Source: Octopus vulgaris
Taxonomy: Eukaryota
Direction: 5' to 3'
Assembly: GCA_951406725.2 (NCBI GenBank)
Contig: OX597818.1
Span: 53,754,001 to 53,818,000 of the forward strand
Length of the DNA: 64,000 nt
Part shown: piece by piece, positions 41,481 to 55,620 of the stretch
Layout: each line of letters starts with the position of its first letter
How positions within the stretch are numbered: the first letter of the stretch is position 1
Notes under the pieces: generated by a model
The model's database searches: none
Told to the model about the DNA's origin: nothing
Seen by the model: only the letters and a program-made list of their open reading frames with translations
Translations under genes and position numbers: made by a program

Positions 41481-42687
41481 CATTATTATTATTTCCCATA
41501 ATGGGTTAACTATTTTTCCAGTTCTGTAATGGATAGCAAAGGGTCACCATTGATAGTAGTCCTACTTGCTTTCATATCATTTTTCAAATAGAATTTAAAT
41601 AAAAATAAAATATTTATTTTCAAGTACATTCATCATGTTTAGCAACTCAAGACTTGTGCCTTCACACAAAACTTTGCTGAGAGACTGAAGGAAATGTTAA
41701 ACTCTTCGAGTGCTTTTTAAAGCGGGATTTGCCAGAATGAATTATAGCACTTGAAAAATTTAGTCTAGCGATCTAACATCACGTGGAACAACAACTTCCA
41801 TTGAAACCATTGCTTATATAATATCATAAAGTTTTGTGACCGCGTAATATATCGGGTTTATTCGAGACTAAATGTTTGGGTTTTATACAAATAAGTTGAC
41901 AGAAGTAAATGTAATAGAATCACATAACAAATAATACAACCTCCCAGGAGATCTCAAGTTATGTTCCAGCATTGGAATAGCGTCGAATGCGTATACTTGA
42001 CGCATTTTGTTGGCTTTTTTTTTTTATATATTCTAAGATTTGAAAATAAATTGAATTTGTTTTGCTTTCTTCGTTCTAATAATAACAAACATCTAACAAT
42101 TGCAAAACTGACAATTGTTTACATTTTCCTGTGTTTCTTTTCGCTTGTCTAAAGTATAACTGTTAACACAATCTATCGCCATCCGTCCTTTGTTGCTCTT
42201 TCACTGTCATGTCATTTTATAAGTTACGAGTCGAGGGGATATTAAAGCGAAACATTCATGGACCGTTGCTTTGGGAAAGTGTGTTCAAAAAACAGAAATA
42301 TTTGGGATTTAGGTTTTAAATCTTCCAGTAAAAGAAAGCACTGTATCACAGGGTTACAATGCTTTAACTAAAAGCCAGTATCAAATTCGTTTTTGTCTTG
42401 TCGACGACATCTCAACTTTTAAAATAAAAGAACATTTTAATTTTGGTTTTGTAATGGTATTTCGAAGACTTGGTTCCCTGCTGGATCAATAAACCATCTA
42501 AGAAGAGCACATACAGATATTTAACGAATGTAAGCCAAGATTTGATACAGATACGACCAAATAAAAATCCCATTTTAACATCTAAATATTTCATTCTTGG
42601 AATAGTCACCATTGGAAATTAATGTCTTAAATCCAGTAGAACATATTTCACAGATTTGAAAAAGGAGGGTAATTGTTTTTTGTTTTT

Positions 42688-42914
42688 ACTCTCTTTTGCT
42701 CTTTACTCTTTTACTTGTTTCAGTCATTTGACTGCGGCCATGCTGGAGCACCGCCTTTAGTCGAGCAAATCGACCCCCGGGACTTATTCTTTGTAAGCCC
42801 AGTACTTATTCTATCGGTTCTCTTTTCCCGAACCGCTAAGTGACGGGGATGTAAACACACCAGCATCGGTTGTCAAGCAATGCTAGGGGGACAAACACAG
42901 ACACACAAACACAT

Positions 42915-42963
<49 letters not shown>

Positions 42964-43124
42964 TACGACAGGCTTCTTTCAGTTTCCGTCTACCAAATCC
43001 ACTCACAAGGCATTGGTCGGCCCGGGGCTATAGCAGAAGACACTTGCCCAAGGTGCCACGCAGTGGGACTGAACCCGGAACCATGTGGTTGGTTAGCAAG
43101 CTACTTACCACACAGCCACTCCTG
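42688..43124 (-). mobile_element. SINE family A
   Basis: Full reverse-complement copy. Confidence 0.9.
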
Positions 43125-43795
43125 TGTTTTTGTTTTTTTTTCTATTTAATGGAATATTATTGGAAAACTGGTAATGAAACTTCCATGCAAACCCTCGATT
43201 TGCTAAAGACAGCAGCAAATTCTCTCTAAAGTCAATAGCATGACCTTAAGAAAGAGAGTTTAACGACAGTATTTGGTAACAGAAAACGAATGAAATTGAA
43301 ATCTTAATATCGAATGTAGCATATTTAAAGTACACACACTACTTCAGAGTAAAAGGGGAAATTTAAATCTTCATGATCAAGGTGTTATGCACATTGTATG
43401 TATGTGTGTGTGTGAGATAGAGTGTGTGCGTGTGTGTGTATGTGTGTGTGAGAGAGATAGAGTGTGTGCATGTGTGTGTGTGTATCTGTGTGTGTGAATG
43501 TGTGGACTTGTTTGGGCTTGTGTGTGTATGTGTACGTATGTGTGTGCTTGTATGTGTGTGTGAGAGAGAAAAGTGTATGTGTGTATGTACATATATATTA
43601 TACACACATATACAAATATACATTATACATATATATATATACATTATACACATATACATATATATACATTATACACATATACAAATATACATTATACATA
43701 TACATATATATACATATACATACATTATACATATATATATATAAGTATACATATATAATGTGTGTGCGCACGTGTGTGCGCACGTGTGTGAGTGC

Positions 43796-43859
<64 letters not shown>

Positions 43860-43879
43860 ACGCATAATATTGTATTCAC

Positions 43880-44370
43880 CTTTGAGCACATGGGTGACTT
43901 CTCATACGATACATTTCGGTCAAACGATATCTAGATATCTGTAACCACTCATTTTGCTGATAAGACCTTTGAATCACCATTTCATTGAAAGCTTCCAGTT
44001 GATGTTAGAATCTTGCAGATTTTCAAATAAATATAAAAATAGAACGATTCTTCTCTATATATCAGTCAATTATCCACGATTTTGCATTTAGTATTGATAG
44101 CTGAAATGCTTTGTAGGTTAGTGTCCGATCACTCCATCCTTGTACACTGTATTCTCATACGATACATTTCGGTCAACTCCTAGATATCTGTAGCACTCAT
44201 TTTGCTGACAGACCAGAATAGACAGGCATTGACGTAAAGAAGATTTACTTCGGGAATAATATTTCTTGCACTCAATTATCAAACATAAACATTTCTTTCG
44301 GCCAAATTCCATCCGTATATCATCTGAAAAGGCTCTTATTAAACCCAGATGTTTTTCAGCATCGTAAATA
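43880..44370 (-). pseudogene. Decayed R4/Dong-like RT fragment with a local duplication
   Basis: FSDDIRMEFGRKKC...YRYLGV; TTCTCATACGATACATTTCGGTCAA duplicated at ~43899 and ~44152. Confidence 0.65.
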
Positions 44371-44649
44371 TTTATTTCCGAAAGAAATTATGGATTACAT
44401 GAATTTTTTTGCTAGTGAAGGCGGTGCTCCAGCATGGCCGCAGTCAAAGGACTGAAACAAGTAAAAGAGTAAAAGAGTAAGAGAGTAGACTTTAACATAA
44501 TATAACCACTGGATTTTTGTTTTAGAAAGCAAGTATACAATATAATAACACACGCTCTACAAAATGGCTACTCAGAAATATCAGCACCCACATAGCACAT
44601 ATTCAACACGATCACATGTAATACAATAATACAAGATATACTCTTACTA

Positions 44650-45265
44650 AGGCGGCGGGCTGGCAGAAATGTTAGCACGCCGGGCGAAATGCGTAGCCGT
44701 ATTTCGTCTGCCGTTACGTTCTGAGTTCAAATTCCGCCGAGGTCGACTTTGCCTTTCAGCCTTTCGAGGTCGATAAACTAAGTACCAGTTACGCATTGGG
44801 GTCGATATAATCGACTTAATTCGTTTGTCTGTCCTTGTTTGTCCCCTCTGTGTGTAGCCCCTTGTGGGCAGTAAAGAAATAAGAAACGTTAGCACGTCGG
44901 GCGAAATGCGTAGCCGTATTTCGTCTGCTGTTACGTTCTGAGTTCAAATTCCGCCGAGGTCGACTTTTGCCTTTCATCCTTTCGGGGTCGATTAAATAAG
45001 TACCAGTTACGCACTGGTATCGATGTAATCAACTTAATCCGTTTGTCTATCCTTATTTGTCCCCTCTGTGTTTAGCCCCTTGTGGGTAGTAAAGAAATAG
45101 GTATTTCGTCTGTCTTTACGTTTCGAGTTCAAATTTCGCCGAGGTCGACTTTGCCTTTCTTCCTTTCGGGGTCGATAAATTAAGTACCAGTTACGAACTG
45201 GAGTCGATCTAATTGACTGGTCCCTTCCTCAAAAATTTCGTGCCTTGTGCCTAGAATAGAAAAAA
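44650..45265 (+). mobile_element. SINE family B trimer
   Basis: Three B-box-containing units head to tail. Confidence 0.88.
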
Positions 45266-45363
45266 ATATTTATATGTAGTGGTCCCGTCTATTTCCGTCA
45301 GGGGTTGTCTACTTTCGCCACAACATATACATACATGTGTGTTTGTGTTTATGTGTGTGTGCT

Positions 45364-45422
<59 letters not shown>

Positions 45423-46221
45423 CCTTCCAACACCTTGACAACCTGTGTTGGTTTGTTTACATCTCTATAAATTAGCGTTTCGGAAAAAGGGACCGATAGA
45501 ATAGGTTCCAATATATACAGAAGACGATTTGTTCGACTAAACCCTTCGAGGCGATGCCCCAGCATGGCCGCAGTCCTGTGAGTAGAACAAGCAAAAGACA
45601 TCACATTTTTCAACGCAATTATTATCATGGGTTTTCTGAAGCCTCGAATTATATCTTTTAAATATTTGCGACATAACGTTTGAGAATACTACGTTTATAT
45701 ATTTGTTTATTGTTATTGTTTATTGGCTAAACTGGCAAAATGACCATTCCTAAATACAAAAATAATGTTTGAGAATGCCTGCTCAACATAGTCACCGCCG
45801 TATATTGGAACCCGGTACACGGCTCTTACAACATACACGATACATAATCACCGCCCAAACAAAATGACACGACTCACGTGGCATATATTAGTCTCAACAT
45901 CAAAATGAGGAAACACTAATGAAACACCAGAAGGAATAAAACAAACCTCACAACGATATAAAACAGATGTAACGCACAAACTTACTTCTATGGCTGCAGA
46001 AGACAATGCCTCGTACACCTCGGGGACACAGATGTGCACTTAGTGATGCAGTAGAACCTCACATGAAGCTGCTAAAAATATGGTAATGATTAAAATAATA
46101 ATGATGGTTTCTCATATTTCCATATTTTGGGGAAATATTGCAAAGAGAAATTGCAAAACAGTGGGAGATGGTTATATCGAGTGTGGTAATAAACAGAAAG
46201 AATATAAAGAATATAAATTCA

Positions 46222-46614
46222 ATTTCTTTACTGCCCACAAGGGGCTGAACAGAGAGTGGACAAACAAACGGATTAAGTCGATTATATCGACCCATGTGCG
46301 TAACTAGTACTTAATATATCGACCCCGGAAGGATGAAAGGCAAAGTTGACCTCGGCGAAAATTGAACTCAGAACGTAACGGCAGACGAAATACCTATTTC
46401 TTTACTATCTACAAGAGGCTACAAACAAGGACAGACAGACGGATTAAATCGATTATATCGACCCCAGTGCGTAACTGGTACTTAATTTATCGACCACGAA
46501 AGGATGAAAGGCGAAGTTGACCTCGGCGGAAATTGAACTCAGAACGTAACGGTAGACGAAATACCACTAGACATTTCGCCCGGCATGCTAGCGTTTCTGC
46601 CAGCTCACTGCCTT
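46222..46614 (-). mobile_element. SINE family B dimer
   Basis: Two units joined by the same AAAGAAATAGGTATTTC junction. Confidence 0.85.
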
Positions 46615-48079
46615 AATAAATAGAAAGAATATAAAATAAATATGTATTGTATGTTTAGCGACGGGTAGGGAAGGACGGTGGCCATGACATTTTATTTATT
46701 TATTCATTTTTAGGAGTTCAGTGTCTGATTAGAGGAAGGGAGAAAGTTGTCCTCAAAGAAGTTCGAATCCTTGTATTAGAGCGATCTTTGTAACCAAGGC
46801 AACCAAACACGTGATGTTGATGTTAAACCAATCGATGGATTAACTTAAATATCAAATAACTTATTTATTGAGTAAATAGCTAAAAGAAAGGCTACAAGGT
46901 ATCTCGTTCGATGCCCTAACAATATCGCCAATCCGCCGACTTTTGCTTCATTGAGTTCAAAACAATTCATTCTGTTGGGTGGATCCTTTTGGATTCAATA
47001 AAATAAAACACCCGGAAAACGTTTACTGCGAACGAATTTGAGCTCAGAGGACCCTAACAAATACTGCGAGGCCATTTGTCCAACGGTGGAGCGACTCTGC
47101 CGCTTCACCGCCTGTTAATCGAAACGGATGACAATTAGCTAGAACCAACCAAGAAACACCAACAATACCGGATATTCCTGCGAAAGGCAAATACCCTTTT
47201 CCAGTGGTAATATCCAGATTACAATGAAAGGCTCAAATGAGAACCATTGAACCAACTAATGGTTAGGGTTACGACGACAAAGGTTGCAGTTGATCCGATC
47301 AACGAGAACAGCCTCCTCGAAAAATTAACGTGAAATTGGCTGAGCACCTCACAAATACGCGTACCTTTAAGACAGTTCTCAAGGAGTTTCAGTGTGATAT
47401 AGATTGCGACAAGGCTACAACACTTCTGGGGTCGATCTAATCAACTGGTCCCCTCCTCCAAAATTTTGGGCCTTGCACCTAGAGTAGAAAAGAATATTTT
47501 TATAACAACTAAGGCGCCGGGTAAAATGCTTAGCGGCATTTAGTCCGTCTTCACGTTCTGAGTTCAAATTCCGCTGCGGTCAACATTGACGTTCATCCTT
47601 TCGGGGTCGGTCGATAAAATAAGTACCAGTTAAACACTGGGGAGGGGATGGTCGATGTAATCGACTTATCCCCCTCTCGTGAAATAGCTGGCCTTGTACT
47701 AAATTTGAAATCAATATTTTGATAACAACTATGAAAATCGTATGTGAGTAAATATCGAATTACACGTTGACAGCGGTAGAAAGAAAGAACGAAAAAGAAA
47801 GAAGGAAAGAAGGAAGTGATATGTACAAGCTGTCAAGGAGTGTTGGTGGGAGGTGAAATATCTTATAACTTGCTCTGTGGTCATTGGCTTTTATTTCATT
47901 TGATTCTTAAGTGTTTCTTCAGCAAATTCTTCAATCAATAATCTTAATTTACAGAAACTAAACTTTCGCTTGGTTAACTTCAACTTCTATATATATATAT
48001 ATACATATATATATACGTGCGTCTGTGCGCGTGTTTTTGTGCATGTATGTATATATCTAAGTGCATACATCTATGTATA

Positions 48080-48161
<82 letters not shown>

Positions 48162-49484
48162 TGTATATATAAACAGATATACAATATATTTATGTCTGCG
48201 TGTATATATGCATGTGTGTGTACACAATATATGCATATATATATAAATATATAAATACATATATAATATGTATATATATATGAATATATATATATATATA
48301 TACGATATATATACATATATGTACACATATTATATATATATGTGTGTATGTATGTGTGTATAACTACAATATATGCATATATATATATATACACACATTT
48401 ATTAGATATACATATATGAATATTTACATAATATGTATATGTATATATGTATATACACAATACGTACATGAGTATATATGTGTGTGTATGTACATACATA
48501 TTGAGATATATATATACGTATGAATGGGCATAGATGTGTGTTTGTAGGCGCATATATAGATATATGCCTAAATTAAATATTTCCTTCCAGCATTTAGATT
48601 CAACACGCATGGCTAATCATGCCAGCACTTGCAGCCATTCTCTAATTCTCAACAGTACGTTTACAGCTCATCACAGTTCTCTTTTCCTGAAGTTATTGAC
48701 TAATGGCTCTTCACTGATATCAAACGAGCCTACGAACTGATGAAAGAGGCGACTGAAAGGCGAAAGGCTAATAACATAAACGAGAATACTGAATTTTTCC
48801 CTGGTCATTTGATATTCAGATTGTCATTCCATGTTTTAGTTTAGTTCATGTGAGGATGAAACGATCAATAATAACACGAAACCTGACTGCTAACATCAAA
48901 CGACGAGACTTAATTTGATATTTAAGCCATGCAATGATTTAACACGTCGTAGCAGGCGTTGTGATTCTTAGCAACGAAGCTTTTAAGTTTAACGGAAACT
49001 AGTTCTTATTCTCTTGTTCATCGACGATGCGTTTAAACCGTTTTCACAAGACAAAGATAATTATCTGAAATAAGCAAACATATCAAATCTTGATGCTGCC
49101 ATGGCAGGCGAAATTTAGAGTTTGTTGGAGTGTGAGATATATAATATCGAATATTGGTTTCCGACACAGACACAAGGCTTTAACATTTTGAGATTGAGGT
49201 GGTGGTCGATTAAGATAAATCTTGTGATTTTGATTATATTTCCAACGTAATGATAAAGGATGAACTTGACTTCGGCGGGTTTCGAAAACAGAATGTAAGG
49301 AGGCGAAGGAAAACAATGAATTTTCTTCGACGCTCAACTAATCCAACACCTAATCTCATGAGATGTCATAAGTTGATTACATCGACCCCAGTGCGTAACT
49401 GGTACTTAATTTATCGACCCCGAAAGAATGAAAGGCAAATATTTGAGCCTCAAAAAGGTACAAGACTTCTGATGAAGGTACAAG

Positions 49485-49647
49485 ACTTTCAAACTTCGGA
49501 CACTGGTAGAATGTGTCATATAAAATATCTTTTACTCTTAGCGTTTGTGAGAAAAGCTTATATTTAGGAAGTTATTTCACGTTAAAGTTGTAGTATTTCG
49601 GCCATGTTTTATATGACACATTCTACCAGTGTCCGAAGTTTGAAAGT
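49485..49647. mobile_element. MITE-like remnant with 41-bp inverted repeats
   Basis: ACTTTCAAACTTCGGACACTGGTAGAATGTGTCATATAAAA and its reverse complement. Confidence 0.8.
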
Positions 49648-50134
49648 GTTTAGTTACAACAAATCATTTTTTAAAAATCTGTCGGTCAAAAGGTAAAGAT
49701 CCGTAATGGGGTCGATGTAATCGACTTAACCACTGTACCAAACTTTTAAACTAATACTTAATTCAATGGTGTTAAACTAAATGCCTTACACGATGACAAG
49801 GAGAAATTAACTAGAGATGTCATTCATGCAAGAGGTGAGAACATTATTGTACATCAATATACTAATTCTCTTATCACTAATTTGTTGAGGGCGGTTAAAA
49901 CTCTGCTTCACTAGAGCGATCTAATTCGACCAAAATATGTCCAAAGTTTTGGCTTCTACTTGCCAAATGAGATTTAAATATTGTCACTGAGTTGTACTTT
50001 CCTATCTTTACTGCGAAAGTATTATTAGTTAATTAATTAATTACTAATTTATCTTCGCTACATTAAATATGACAGAACTGAAATTGCCGTTTTTAAGCGT
50101 GGCGTACTGTTACGTCCTCTTAATATTTGTGCAG

Positions 50135-50520
50135 CTTGGCAGAACCAATAGCAGGCCGGACAAGATGCTTAGCGGCATTTCGTCTGTCTGTGTTTCTGAG
50201 TTCAAATTCCACCGTGGTCGACTTCGCCTTTCATCCTTTCGGGGTCGATTAAATAAGTACCCATTACGCACTGGAGTTGATATAATCGACTTAATCCGTT
50301 TGTCTGTCCTTGTTTGTCCCCTCTGTGTTTAGCCCCTTGTGGGTAGTAAAGAAATAAGCATTTCGTCTGTCCGTATGTTCTGAGTTCAAATTCCACCAAG
50401 ATCGACTTTGCATTTTATCCTCTCGAGAGTGATAATCTAAGTAACAGTTGAGCACTGGGATCGATGTAATCGATTTACTCCCACCCACGACCTTGCTGGC
50501 CTTGTGCCAAAATATGAATC
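50135..50520 (+). mobile_element. SINE family B dimer (diverged)
   Basis: Two GAGTTCAAATTCC units 184 bp apart. Confidence 0.75.
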
Positions 50521-51356
50521 TTATATTAATATGGCTATTTTGGCCTGTTAAAACTAACAGTCACATCTCTGGAAATCACAAACTATTTTATTTGAAAGAC
50601 AATATTGAATAATGTAGTTCTATATTCACTAGGTCTGAAAAAGGCGGGATGGTTATGGATGGGAAACTTTTGTTCATAGGTATGACCATTTGCAACCAAA
50701 GCTAACCTCGGCCTAAACAGCAATAACATTGGTTTTCATCCTTCCGGATCACTAAAAGAGGTACAAACATTGTACTAAGTTCAGTTCTTCATACCCAACA
50801 AATTTGTAGCGATGTGCCGAAGACCGGGATTTTTGATTTAATTCTACAACTGATTTTAATTTTTAATTGACTTCGTTTAAATGCAATCATGTTGACTTAG
50901 GAGAGAAAAACAAATCAGGTTTAGGATTGATGGGAATAGAAAAAGAGTATTGAATGTCAACCAAACATCTCTTCCATTTTTAAGATTCGTGTGGTCTCTC
51001 AGCTTTATCGAAATTACAGTAAAACCACTCTCATATCTTACTGTCTGAAGTCTTAAAAATCACAGGGCTATTTATCCGATTTCCATGATTTGTAAGTAAT
51101 CGAGATCATAACATTCCCCTCCGGGACAGAACGCTGGTTCCTCGTAGGGCAGCTCATTTATTGCTGAGTTTAAACAGCGTGAAATGAAGGGTTTTGCTCA
51201 AGACCCTAATGTACCACCTGGTCCGAGAATCGAGTCCACGATCTTGCGATCTGTAGTAGAAGACCCTAACCACTAGGCCACACGGCTTCGCCCTCGTATC
51301 TTACATAATCTTCATAAAGAAAAAAGACTGTTGGTCAATATAATCCTGAATATATA

Positions 51357-52135
51357 AGGCTGCGAGCTGGCAGAACCGTTAGCACGCCGGGCGAAACGTG
51401 TAGCCGTATTTTGTCTGCCGTTACGTTCTGAGTTCAAATTCCGCCGAGGTCGACTTTGCCTTTCATCCTTTCGGGGTCGATAAATTAAGTACCAGTTACG
51501 CACTGGGCTCGATGTAATCGACTTAATCCGTTTGTCTGTCCTTGTTTGTCCTCTCTGTGTTTAGCCCCTTGTAGATAGTAAAGAAATAGGTATTTCGTCT
51601 GCCATCTGAATTCAAATTCCGCCGAGGTCGACTTTGCCTTTCATCCTTTCGGGATCGACTAAATAAGTATCAGTTAATCACTGGAGTCGATGTAATCGAC
51701 TTAATCCGTTTGTCTGTCCTTGTTTGTCTCCTCTATGTTTATCCTCTTGTAGGTAGTAAAGAAATAGGTATTTCGTCTGCCGTTACGTTCTGCGTTCAAA
51801 TTCCGCCGAGGTCGACTTTGCCTTTCATCCTTTCGGGGTCGATAAATTAAGTACCAGTTACGCATTTGGGTAGATGTAATCGACTTAATCCGTTTGTCTG
51901 TCCTTGTTTGACCCCTCTATGTTTAGCCCCTTGTGGGTAGTAAAGAAATAGGTATTTCGTCTGCCGTTACGTTCTGCGTTCAAATTCCGCCGAGGTCGAC
52001 TTTGCCTTTCATCCTTTCGGGGTCGATTTAAATAAGTACCAGTTAATCACTGGGGTCGATGTAATCGACTAAATCTGTTTGTCTATCCTTGTTTGACCCC
52101 TCTGTGTTTAGCCCCTTGTGGGTAGTAAAGAAATA
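51357..52135 (+). mobile_element. SINE family B tetramer with TSD
   Basis: Four units; TSD AATATAATCCTGA(A/C)TATA at 51337-54 and 52136-53. Confidence 0.9.
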
Positions 52136-52158
52136 AATATAATCCTGACTATACATAA

Positions 52159-52735
52159 AGCTGGGGCCAAAAGTTTGGAACATGTTTTTAAAAATTAACA
52201 TTGTTATTCCCAACTGCAATTCTACTTAAATTAAACACCGTAGAAATATATTTACCTCATAACGGATTCAATGGTTCAATTACAAGATATTGAACCATTG
52301 GCTCAGTTTTTAGGTAAAACTATCTCTACGTTTATACATTTAAATTGAATTGTACTTGGGAATAACAATTTCAATTTTTAAAAACATTCTCACTGCGTGG
52401 CACCTTGGGCAAGTGTCTTCTGCTATAGCCTCGGTAAGACCAAACCCTTGTGAGTGGATTTGATGTATATACATGTATGTGTGTATATGTTTGTGTTTCT
52501 ATGTTTGTCCCCCCAGCATCGCTTGACAAACGATGGTGGTGTGTTTACGTCCCCGTAACATAGCTGTTCGGGAAAAGAGACCGATAGAATAAGTACTAGG
52601 CTTACAAAGAATAAGTCCTGGGGGTAGATTTGCTCGACTAAAGGTGGTGCTCCAGCATGGCCGCAGTCAAATGACTGAAACAAGTAAAAGAGCAAAAGAG
52701 TAAAAGAGAGTGTTCCGAACTTTTGGCCACGACTG
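52159..52735. mobile_element. Tc1-type palindromic MITE with a truncated SINE A (52391-52709) inserted in its right arm
   Basis: GGCCAAAAGTTTGGAACA / TGTTCCGAACTTTTGGCCACGACTG-TA; internal palindrome 52180-52388. Confidence 0.8.
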
Positions 52736-53140
52736 TAAAGACGAGATGATTGCGAGCGAAGCACATTCCAGCAGAGTTGTGATCATAGTGGCACAGGATG
52801 AAGGGGCTGATGGCTAATCAGCGACAACAAAGGAATTGTGTTCAAAAGGGCAACACCCAGGAAACACAACCGGTTCGTGGTCTCAGTTCAGTGAGTGTCC
52901 ATTTCCTACTGTACAGCCCTCGCCAAACGTATTACAATAGAATTAATTATATTTAGAGAGACGAAACGTAAAGTTCTTAGGTCAGAGAAATATTTTGACA
53001 TTTCTACCTTCCCTTGTCTTCCCCGAAACTTTCATTCTGACGTACATAAAGTGACCATCTGAGATCGTAAATGTTCAAGAGTTTACCGAAAATTGAACGC
53101 CCTGTTATATGCGCGTGTATGTGTGTACATACACACACAC

Positions 53141-53176
<36 letters not shown>

Positions 53177-53206
53177 ACATATATGTATATATATATATAT
53201 ATATAT

Positions 53207-53269
<63 letters not shown>

Positions 53270-53873
53270 TAGATATATGAATGTAACTGTATTTATATAC
53301 ACATACACACACACACACACACATATATATATGCATATATATGAATGTGTATGTGTATTTATATACATATTTATATATACACACATATGTATATACACAT
53401 ATATAACGTGTGTGTTCATATGTACATACGTGTATATATATATATGTGGGGGTGTCAACGTACATATGTACACACGCGCGCGCGTAAACACACACACACA
53501 CACACACACACGCAGACACACACACGCAAACACATAGACACACACAGACACACACGCAGACACACATACACACACACACGCACACGCACACACACATCAC
53601 CTTGTCTGTTGACGCGATTCTTGAACGATAGGATTGAATATTCTTCATACATTGAACTTTATCATTTGTGATTATTCAACAATCTTTATTATCGATCGCA
53701 GAAGCTTTTGTAACAAAAATGAAATAAAAGAAGAGTTTACACCATACTTTATGTTACCCTCTGATACTAGTTGTGCTCTTAATTCTATGTAATAGCCCTC
53801 GGCTGGTTGCGTGTTCCTCTAGCGGCTCGAGTACGCTCAAGAGGGAGTTTAATGGGAGTATTTTCAAGAACCG

Positions 53874-54075
53874 TGGAGGGACGTAGCCTAGTGGTTAGAG
53901 CAGCGGACTCGCGGTCGAGGGATCGCGGTTTCGAATCTCAGACCGGGCGATGTGTGTGTTTATGTGCGAAACACCTAAGCTCCACGCGGCCCCGGCAGAA
54001 GGTAACGGCGAACTTCTGCTGACACTTTCGCCACAACTTTCTCTCACTCTTTCCTCCTGCATCTTGCAGCTCACT
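53874..54075 (+). mobile_element. SINE C2, 3'-truncated
   Basis: Head identical in structure to 39696. Confidence 0.85.
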
Positions 54076-54128
54076 TTTTACTTTTTTCTATATTTTTTCA
54101 AGTCTTACCGACGCAGTTTATTGCCTGA

Positions 54129-54202
<74 letters not shown>

Positions 54203-54854
54203 ACATTAGGAAGAGGATATAAATGCATGTGTGAGTGTATTTGTGAGCCCGTTGTGTATCTTTATGTGTAAACATTATATGTAATCCGAACAGATAAAAT
54301 CATTTACGCATGTGTGTTCGAACAAACCACAAACACACTAGAAATTCGGTTAAGTAGTTTAATATTGAACTAAGGATATTCTTTATGACGCAGTTTACTT
54401 TAGTTTCTTTACGTCAGAGTTTGTTCCTAAAGTCAGGACATAGAACCCCGAGAAATATTACACATAATATATATTTTTTAATACGAATATAACATTTCCT
54501 CTAAATTTAAGCCGGTTCGACTCTTTCAACGGTATCAGAAATAGCGTTTAATGTTCTTTGCTTTGAAATGTATCCATCCTCTAAAATATCTTCTTCAATG
54601 GTCATATACCCTGATCCATTTGATTATATCTAAAATGCAATTTGCTTGATTCGCGTCAGATTTTCATAAGCGAACCTTTTCCTGTTTACATTCAATCGCT
54701 GACTGACACATTAATATTTACATTCACCCAACCACTCTGAGGATGGTCACAAGCATGATCGAAACCTATCCAATAAATAGATAAATAGATAGACACACAC
54801 ACACGCACACATATATATATGTGTGTGTGTCTGTATATATATGTATATATATAT

Positions 54855-54928
<74 letters not shown>

Positions 54929-54932
<4 letters not shown>

Positions 54933-55076
54933 CAATAAGAAAATGGAGGGGATCAATAGGTGGTTCATCAACTTTTAGTCATTGTACTATGTTAACTTAT
55001 TTATTTATTTACTAAACTGACAATGTCTAACAGTTGAGGAACCACCTATTGATCCCCTCCATTTTCTTATTGCTCT
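54929..55076. repeat. 50-bp inverted repeat pair in a microsatellite-flanked module
   Basis: AGAGCAATAAGAAAATGGAGGGGATCAATAGGTGGTTC and its reverse complement. Confidence 0.85.
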
Positions 55077-55242
55077 ATAAATTAATGGTAAAATATCTCT
55101 TTACCTTCACCCATTTAGTACACTAGGTAATGTAATTGCAATGCAATAAAAAACACTTGTGTATTAATAACTGGGTATTCTACTAGCAGTATATTGGATA
55201 GATATTATCCCTTAGTTGGTTGGATTCACAACCTCTAACTTT

Positions 55243-55311
<69 letters not shown>

Positions 55312-55620
55312 CGAAAACACCTAAGGCTCCACGAGGCTCCGGCAGGGGGGGTGGCGACCCCTGTTGTTCTCTTTCGCCACAACTTTCTCTCTTTCTTTCT
55401 TCTGTTGGCCTGCTCGCTTAGTCAGCGGGGTGGCGTCATTTGAAGGCTAAAACGACGCGAAGCACATTGTGACCAGCGATGTGTATCAACATCTGGCAGC
55501 CTGATCGGTCACGGTGATCGGTGATATATACACACACACAAGTATATTATTAATAATATTAGTGGCTGTTCAAAGCGTGAACCGTGCAGTCAAGTTTAAA
55601 AAATATGCTGGCAATAGAAG

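Noticed and set aside
48737-48775. CTGATGA...GAAA motif and possible minus-strand exon FVGSFDISEEPLVNNFRKREL*
   Set aside because: No stem I; the exon is supported only by a plausible acceptor site.
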